64,000 nucleotides of DNA. Origin: the human T2T-CHM13v2.0 reference genome, Homo sapiens. Both the position numbers and the translations under genes were made by a program. This document shows positions 29,881-64,000 of the stretch, piece by piece; positions within the stretch are counted from its first letter, which is position 1; each line of letters begins with the position of its first letter. Below the pieces are notes generated by a model. It saw only the letters and a list, made by a program, of their open reading frames with translations. It searched no databases and was not told where the DNA came from. Where the stretch lies: the NCBI RefSeq assembly GCF_009914755.1, contig NC_060943.1; one strand, 5' to 3'.

Positions 29881-30059
29881 ATCTCAGTGAGTCCTCCCAG
29901 CAACTCCTTGAAGTGGGTAGTTTAATTGCCCTCATTTTACAGAGGGAAACTACAGCTCAGTGAGGTGAATTTGCTTGGCTGAGGTCACTCTGCCAGGACG
30001 TAACAGAGCCAAGATGAGAACCCGGGACTATGGTTCCAGAGGGCTGACCCTGACGTAGA

Positions 30060-34102
<4,043 letters not shown>

Positions 34103-34958
34103 TAGAGAATGCCACTGGGACAGGAGGGCACAGTGAGAGCCTTCTACCACCACCTCCCTTAAATCCTAGCCTTGCATGTGGGTGTGCGAAGCTGGCCTCC
34201 AGGAGGACCTCTGTCTAGGGGATAACTTTATTCCATCCACTCCCCAACTCTATGAGGTAGAAAATGTTACCTCGTGAGCTGGGCGTGGTAGAACACACAG
34301 AGTTCTAGCCCATCAGCCAGGTGTCCCAAGTCACCATGTGTCAGGAATCAAACCCCTGCCTAAACACTGGACATGACGGGGCATCCTTCAGTCCTGAGAA
34401 GAAGGACCTACTGTTATCGCCTCTTGACAGCTAAGGAAACTGAGGCTGTGGGCTAGGAAGTGGCTGCATCTGTCTAGGCAAGAGGCCATGGTGAGCTTTG
34501 AAGCCCCAGTTGCCCAACTCAGGGCCTGCTGCACCCATGAATGCTTCCCAACCTGCTGTCTCCATCAGAGCAAGGCAGCCCGAGAGAGGCCTGGGGCAGT
34601 AGCTGCTGGGGACATTCACCCCATGTCACAGCCAGAAAACAGGACCCCTGAGAGGAGCCCAGGGGTAGGGCTGTCGGCCCAAGCGGCCTCTGCCCCCTCC
34701 TTCCCTTAGGAACCCGCCTTGCCCCGCCGCCACCAGCTCCCTGGCAGGCTTCCCAGGCGAGACTCTCATCCCGGACCCGCAGCTAATAGCACGTTTCCAG
34801 GCTTACTCATCCAGCCTTCCTAACCGCTTTCTCTCATCCACAGCGGAGCCTCCCGTGTGTCTAAAACCCACTGGCGAGCAAGGCTCAGGCTCAGGCTCAG
34901 GTGGTTTTCGACATAGGCTGATCTTTAACCCTGGGCACGTTCTTCTCATCCCCTGCAG

Positions 34959-35086
34959 GTACACGGCTGCCCCACACCCCCTGCTATCTCTTGATCCCCA
35001 CTTCAGCCACGATGGGACGTCCAGCGGCGACTCCTCTTCCGGCGGCCTGACCAGCCAGGAGAGCACCATGGAACGCCAGAAGCCAG
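34959..35086 (+). CDS. SIPA1L3: SIPA1L3 coding exon (128 nt)
   Basis: Acceptor ccctgcag|G, donor CAG|gtaggg. Encodes (R)YTAAPHPLLSLDPHFSHDGTSSGDSSSGGLTSQESTMERQKP. Phase 2-1. Confidence 0.9.
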
Positions 35087-35475
35087 GTAGGGCCCCCACC
35101 AGCTGCTGCGCCCACCCGCCTGCCTCACTCCGCAGGACCTCTTACTTAGAGCTTGACAGGCAACACTCCCCCTCTTGTGAGTGACGGATAAAACACAAAA
35201 GAAAGCTGTAAGCGCCACATGTAAGACTAGAGAGGGCACCTAGGAGAGCAGCGGAACCAGCAAGCGAGATCCTTATCCGTCCAGACAGGGCATCGGCAGG
35301 TGGCGTCTGCTCCCGCTGATAAGGCCAGAGCCGGCGTGCAGCTGTGTGACATGGAGCTGGGAGCCACCAGGGAAGGTAGCTGAAAAAGATTAAGCATTGA
35401 GCTCTCAGGAGCAGGACTGGCTGCGTCCCGTGGCTTTTCATTACATAAACCCTCCTGTGTTGTTTTCAACTTTTA

Positions 35476-36071
<596 letters not shown>

Positions 36072-36079
36072 CTACATGA

Positions 36080-37580
<1,501 letters not shown>

Positions 37581-37934
37581 CCCATTATTAATCATGTTGT
37601 GAACTACTCAGATGAATATTTTAAACATAATTCCATAGAACAAACTTGTAGCCCCTTTGAAGTCTGAGAACCAGCAGATGAATGGGCGAGATGGATTCAG
37701 AAGGAAGCAAACAAATGAGCAATGTTAGAAAGCAGTGACGTCAGAGTGGGAGGGGTGGAGATGTCCTCTTAGGGAGTGTCTGAGAATTTCCAGGCAGCTG
37801 GGAGAGCTGACCCCATCAGCACACCAGCTCCCCCAGATGCTGTGGGGTACGGAAGAGGCTGCATGCCCCAAGATTCGTGGCCTGGAGAATTCCTCAATAT
37901 CTCAGCCCATGGTTCTCTTAAACCAGAGACAGTG

Positions 37935-41300
<3,366 letters not shown>

Positions 41301-42069
41301 GGTGACACCCTCAACTGAGACTAGACCACATCCAGCCAGGCCATTCTCTGCAGTGGCCCTGAGTGCCCTGCCTGGTCACCCGGGCCACCTTCCCCAGCAG
41401 GAACATGGGCCCAAGAGTACCCTGGGCTTGCACCGGAGGTGGCAGTGTGATTGCAAGCTCGGGGTCCCACAGGCCTGGTGGGCAGTTCTGAGTTGGGCGT
41501 ATGCTTGGTGTGTGGCCTCAGCAGTGACCTCCTCCCCCTCAGCCTCAGGTCCCACTCCTGTAGTGGACATCCTAGGTGTCTCTCCTTCCAGGGCAGTTTG
41601 TGGGGGGTCCAGTGAGATAATGCCGGCCAAGCCCACGGCCCATCATTAGGAGAACAAGAGCTCCTGCCCATCGGGCACTCACTCTCCACCACTGCCAGCA
41701 TTGCCGTTGTTGGTGAAGCCAAGGGAGGAGGCAGGGCTTGACAGCACAGGTGCTAAACTAGGCCAATCCGAGCCACACGTCCTGCCTGGCCCTTTCCCAC
41801 TGTGCGACCTTGGACCAGCTGCTTAACCTCTCCGAGTCTTGTTCCACATCTATCGGAGATGCTCCTGATACCCACTTCACAGTGGTACTGGGAGGACGCA
41901 GCAGGGTAATGTATGCAGAGTGCTTACCATAGCGCCTGACACAGAACACACGCTTAATGGGAATTATCATTATGTTAATGATCTTGAATACCATAGTGAT
42001 CAAAAGTCAGCTTTGGGGTTAAATCACCGGCGTTCAGCTCCTCAGTTAGTGCATTTGTAATTTCCATAG

Positions 42070-44145
<2,076 letters not shown>

Positions 44146-44371
44146 GAGAGAGGGAAATGGGATATTGCACGGCTTCAGTGAGGCCCTCAGAACGGTGTCT
44201 GGCACATAGTATGTGCTGAGATGTATTCTCTGTTACTGAGTGTTGCACTCCAAGGTGTAAATTGATGGGGTCATGCCGTGGGTGAGCAGACAGTCTGGCA
44301 AAGGGTCCAGATTCTTCAGGCCCTGGCCTGAGTCACTCCTAACCACTGGTGTGTCTCCTGTTTTCCTACAG

Positions 44372-44490
44372 AGCCTTTGTGGCATGTGCCTGCCCAGGCC
44401 AGGCTCTCAGCCATAGCCGGAAGCAGCGGGAACAAGCACCCGTCCAGGCAGGATGCAGCAGGCAAAGATTCCCCCAACAGGCATTCCAAA
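44372..44490 (+). CDS. SIPA1L3: SIPA1L3 coding exon (119 nt)
   Basis: Acceptor ttttcctacag|AG, donor AAA|gtgagt. Encodes (E)PLWHVPAQARLSAIAG...KDSPNRHSK, a SPAR-family-like segment. Phase 1-0. Confidence 0.9.
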
Positions 44491-44733
44491 GTGAGTCTGG
44501 GCCCCACCCTGCCCTACCGGGGGAGCCAGGCCTGCCTGGGTGTGGCCTCTGAGCTTCACACTTGAGCACATCCTCCACCTCTGCCACCTTCCACTCAGCA
44601 GAGGGGTTGAATACTTGGTCTGAGTTGGAACCAACCAGGTTCACATTCTGGCTCCAGCCCTCATCAGCCAGGTCATCTAGGGCAAATCCCTTTACCTCCT
44701 CGAGCCGCAGTTTCCTCATTGTTCCATCAGTCA

Positions 44734-46510
<1,777 letters not shown>

Positions 46511-46597
46511 TCAGGCCCAGGCAGAGGGAGGACCCGGCAAGGGAAGATGCGCCCCTGCCCTGGAGTCTGGGAATGACACGCTTCTCTTGCCTCTCAG

Positions 46598-47025
46598 GGA
46601 GAACCTCAATACTCAAGTCATTCCAGCAGCAACACCCTCTCCAGCAACGCATCCAGCAGCCACAGCGACGACCGCTGGTTCGACCCCCTGGACCCCCTGG
46701 AGCCAGAGCAAGACCCCCTCTCCAAGGGTGGCTCTAGTGACAGCGGCATCGACACCACCCTCTACACCTCCAGCCCTAGCTGCATGTCCCTGGCCAAGGC
46801 TCCACGGCCCGCCAAGCCACACAAGCCCCCTGGAAGTATGGGCCTTTGTGGCGGGGGTCGCGAGGCCGCTGGGAGGTCCCACCACGCAGACAGGCGGCGG
46901 GAGGTCTCCCCTGCCCCCGCAGTTGCCGGCCAAAGCAAGGGCTACCGACCGAAGCTGTACTCCTCCGGCTCCAGCACCCCCACGGGACTGGCGGGGGGCA
47001 GCCGAGACCCACCGAGGCAGCCCAG
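46598..47025 (+). CDS. SIPA1L3: SIPA1L3 coding exon (428 nt), Ser-rich region with DSGIDT motif
   Basis: Acceptor ctctcag|GGA, donor AG|gtaagc. Encodes [29 protein letters not shown]...SSDSGIDT...[15 protein letters not shown] and DSGIDT are SPAR-family signatures. Phase 0-2. Confidence 0.94.
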
Positions 47026-47789
47026 GTAAGCTGTTGCACCTAGTCTGGGTTCTAACCACCTTCCACTTCGCCAGTTCTACTTTTACGGTCCTGATGGTGG
47101 GGTTCTCCTCCCCAGAAACACACTCACGGATGAATGCGCCTAGTCATTGGTTTGCTGACAGAATTGAGGAGCTCGTGGATCTCTGCCTTATTGCCCATCC
47201 ATCAGCATTCAGGGACCCCAGGTGGAGGGAAAGAAACCCCTGGCCTTCTGTCTCTGTTTTCATCTGTCTCTGGTTCTCTCTGACCCTCTGTCTCTTTTTT
47301 CTTTGCTCTCTGCTGATACCAAAAGTTTTTATGCTTTCTAAAGGGTCACAGACTGTATCTGATAGAGTGTATTTGGCTGGAGGCAATAGGAAACCTGACC
47401 CTCTGTGGCTTAAACAAATAGAGGTGTAACAAACAGTCCCCTAACATGAAGTCCAGAGAGGGCAGAGCCAGGCTAGTGCTGTGGCTTGTGGAGAGCCTCA
47501 AGGATTGGCACTCTGTGTCTCCCTGCTCGGCATCTTTACCATGCTGGCTCATGTCTCACTTGCCTTGAGATGGAGCTGTGCTGCCTGGTGAGTGGCAGTT
47601 GGGGACAGAGAAGAGGGGAAAGTTGGAAGCCTCTGAGCACCTTTCCCTTCCTATGGAGAAAGCAAACACTTTCCCAGAACCCCTTTCAGCAGCTGGCATC
47701 ACGGGGCCATCCCAGCTACAAGGAGGTCTGGAAAGTTGTAGTTTGGTCTTCCAGGCTCTACCGTATACGGCGATGGTCCCCACAGAAGC

Positions 47790-49982
<2,193 letters not shown>

Positions 49983-50048
49983 GACGAGTACCTCTTAATC
50001 TTTTGAACATGTGGACTCTTTTGAATGGCTCTTTCATTCATTTATTCA

Positions 50049-51708
<1,660 letters not shown>

Positions 51709-52035
51709 TTAGAACAGTGCTTTGACTTGAAGACTGCCTGTCAGAATCATGGGGTATGAGGGTGTATTTGAAAAACACACAGAAATGAGGCCTTGCCTCA
51801 AATTCACGAAATCAGAATATCCCCCCTGGTCCAAGACCTGTTACAGGCAGTGCTGGGGACACAGCGGTGACTGGGGGAGCCCCAGTCCTGCCTGACTGAC
51901 GCATTCCCAGACAGAGACAGCCCAGAGGGGTCAGGTCAAGATGGGCGAGGCCCAGGCAGAGGGGTCAGGGTCAGGGTGGGGGGCCCAGGCTAAGGGGTCA
52001 GGGCTGGGATACAAGGCAGCTGCGAAGAGGGGTCA

Positions 52036-52135
52036 GGGTAAGATGAGGGGCCCAGGTAGAGGGGCCAGGGTGAGATGAGGGGCCCAGGTAGAGGGGCCAG
52101 GGTAAGATGAGGGGCCCAGGTAGAGGGGCCAGGGT
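52036..52135. repeat. 32-bp G-rich minisatellite: 3 near-identical copies with degenerate flanking copies (~51924-52170)
   Basis: gggtRagatgaggggcccaggtagaggggcca starting at 52036, 52068 and 52100. Confidence 0.9.
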
Positions 52136-53285
52136 GGGCTGGAGGGGGGCCAGGCAGAGGGGTTGGGGCCATGATGGAGGGGTACAGGGATGTGAGAGCC
52201 CAAAGGGGGCCCCCCTAACCCAGTTGTGAGAGGGGCCAGCCCAGTTGTGGGAGGGGCTTTCCTGGAGAAAGAGTCCGAGCTAGCCAGGGAAGTCAGGAGG
52301 GAAAAGCAGTCCAGACAGAGAATGAGACGGACTCCCACTGTCCATCTCACCCCACCTCACTCCATTGGCCTCCCACAGTCTTCCCATTTCAGTAGGCACA
52401 AGTTCCCTGGATGGTCACAGAGCCACCTGCTTGGGGCCAGACCTTGGTTCAAGTGGCCACACGTGCCTCTGCCTCCCATGGCGGCCACACTGCACTGTGC
52501 ACCGGGCAGCCCAGCAGCCCCCCTCATGTGCTGTCGTCAGAACGTGCCCCTGGGCTGGAGTGACAGCCTGCTCCCCAGCCTCTGCTCCTGGAAGGCAGGC
52601 ACCTTTGAACAGGCCCAGCATGAGCACTCATTGACTGCCCTATGTCTACCTCCACAGCACTCTGTGGCATAGAACTTGGTATTTATTCACACAGCGAGCG
52701 CCTGCTGTGCACCGGGGCCTCTGCAGGGAGCTGGAACAGGCAGACCAGATCCCCACCGTCCTGGTACGGACGGAGGCCCATGGGAAACAGCTAGTGAATA
52801 ATGCCAAAAGTCATGAATGAATTGTGCCAGGGGACAGCCTGCAGAGACGGGTGGGGTCTGAGGGTGGATGGGATGCAGAGCTGGAGGAGGTGTCTAATCT
52901 AGCCTAGGGCCAGCGATAATGTTCCTGAACGAGGGTCACATCTGCCAAGGATGAGGGGGACAGGGAGGAGGGAGCGGGTGAAGGAGGAGAGGGGTTCAGT
53001 GGGGCTGGAGAGACATTCATCTGGGATGCAGTTATACAGGTATTTGCTCTGTTTTTGAAATTGTGTGTATATATGCAACATATATATAGACACACACACT
53101 TTCTGGGCCTCAATATATGTTGTGAACCTCAGTATGTATATATACAACTATGTATATATACACACATATGTTTTTTTTTAAGTCTGTTGAATTTCTCATT
53201 CAGAAGAATGTATATATGACTATTTACCATTAACAAAAAAACAGAAGGGAAAGATGAGGCGTGGAGAAAGTATGTCTATGAATTA

Positions 53286-54044
<759 letters not shown>

Positions 54045-54429
54045 GCAGCCAATGGGAGGTTGGGGAAATCAGCAGTGGCCAGAACATTCAGGGCCCTACC
54101 AGCTCCATTATGGAGTTTGGATCTCATCTTAAGAGCAGCCAGGGTAATGCGGGTGGATTTGTGTTCCAAAATATGGTGCTGGCAGCGAGACAGGAGGCAA
54201 AGTCTCTGAGGGGGCTGAGGCTTGGATCTGCATGGGAGGACGTGGGCCTGAGCTGGAGGACAAAGCAACTGTGGATGTGGCAGCAGGCGGCATTGCCAGG
54301 AAGTAAGCTGGGAGGGAGATGCAGGCCCAGGGCAGAGCCAGCAAGCCATGTGAGAGTCCAGGGTGGCTGCCACGTGTCTGGAGGCTGCCGTGGCCTGGGA
54401 GCACCTGAGGTGCTTGTGAGAAGAGGAGG

Positions 54430-56967
<2,538 letters not shown>

Positions 56968-58044
56968 GATCCTCCATCTAAAGTTGTGAGGGCGAACTGA
57001 GACCATGAGTTTAAAGCACTTATCACAGGACTGGAGACATAGCTGGGCTCAAGTGTATCAGCTGCTGCTGTGTTTTATTCTCATGTATTATGTATTGATA
57101 TTTATCGTTAACAGTTGTTGTCACTGGGAGTACAGAATGGTGGTTAAAATATCGTCTCTCAAACCAGACTACCTATGTCTACATCCTGGCTCTTATCCCC
57201 CACTAGCTACATCATTTCGGGCAAGTTATTTCATCTCCCTGGGCCTCAGTTTCCCCCACCTGGAACATGGAGGTGGTGGTAGTTCCTGTCTCGGGGTTGC
57301 TACGGCGGCTAAGTGAGGTGACGCCTATAAGATGCTTAGAACAAGGCCAGGCAGCTTCCACAGGCTCAGAGTGGTCAGCACTGTCACTGCCACCTACTGT
57401 GCCACTGCTCCTCCTGGAGGCAGGGACCACAGCTCGCTCCCTGAGAGCCTGTCACCCACCCAGGACCACCCATTGGTCCCCTTCAGAGTCCCCAGGCTGA
57501 ACAGACCAAAAGCATTGCACACACTTATGCAGCTGGTATGATTTCTCTACCCAGCCTCTGGTTTTTCAGCTTTTTTTGGAAGCATAAATCCTTTGACTCC
57601 AACAAAATGTTAAATGCTCCCCTAAGATGTCAAGCAGGTTAATGCATAGCTCTCTGGTTGAAGGTGAGGATGGAAGCACAGAGCACGTTGCCTGCCCCTC
57701 CCCCGCTACCACCAGTGCTGTCTGAGCCCAGAGCCCAGGGACCCACCACCTCCCTGGCACCTGCAGCTCCGCGGTTCCTCCTCAGGACTCAGTGCTGAGC
57801 ACTTAGCACATAGGATCTCGTGAGGCAGGTGCTGTCATTGCCTCATTTCTCAGAGGAGGAAACTGAGGCTCACTGAGGGGAATAGACCCCACGCAAGTTG
57901 GCCACTGTGTTGATGGGAGCCAGGATTGGAACTGGGTCAGGTGGACAGCAAAGCCCACACTATGCTGCCCCAGTTTTCAAGTTGATATTGAGACTTCAGG
58001 AGGACGCATGGGCACACTGGCGCTCCAGAAAGAAAGAACGTTCA

Positions 58045-59656
<1,612 letters not shown>

Positions 59657-59861
59657 GTATAAAATTCTACTTTATTTCTTTTTTTCTCTATACATATGTG
59701 TGTATATCTATCTATATATTTTTTCCCTTAAATACACAGAATCATGTTTTATACCATGCATCGTTTCCATTTACTATAGTTCAGACCATCTGTCCTCATA
59801 CATAAACAGAGATTGACCTTTGCACTGGCTGCATAGTTTTTGATCATAAGGATATGCTTGC

Positions 59862-64000
<4,139 letters not shown>

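Noticed and set aside
52036-52135. 32-bp repeats as a CRISPR-like array
   Set aside because: The copies are contiguous with no unique spacers, there are no cas genes, and the DNA is primate intron.

Overview
Primate (almost certainly human) genomic DNA from the middle of SIPA1L3, a RapGAP/PDZ gene of the SPAR family, on the + strand. Seven GT-AG coding exons splice in frame: 1418-1994, 12563-12837, 23317-23568, 24706-24843, 34959-35086, 44372-44490 and 46598-47025, totalling 1917 nt (639 codons). They encode the end of the RapGAP domain, the PDZ domain and a Ser/Pro-rich region with a DSGIDT degron. Neither end of the gene is in the window. The rest is very Alu-dense intron with L1, L2, MIR, MaLR LTR and hAT fossils, an antisense full-length SVA (D-like) and a BC200 retrocopy. 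Almost all other ORFs in the track are Alu or SVA artefacts. I see no evidence of a new multi-gene system. The best leads are two spacer-less inverted-Alu fold-back structures, a dense POU/SOX motif cluster, an alternative donor that would create a junction stop codon, stop-free in-frame circRNA candidates, and nested retrotransposon histories. Repeat boundaries are approximate, and subfamily calls come from recalled consensus sequences, not a RepeatMasker run.
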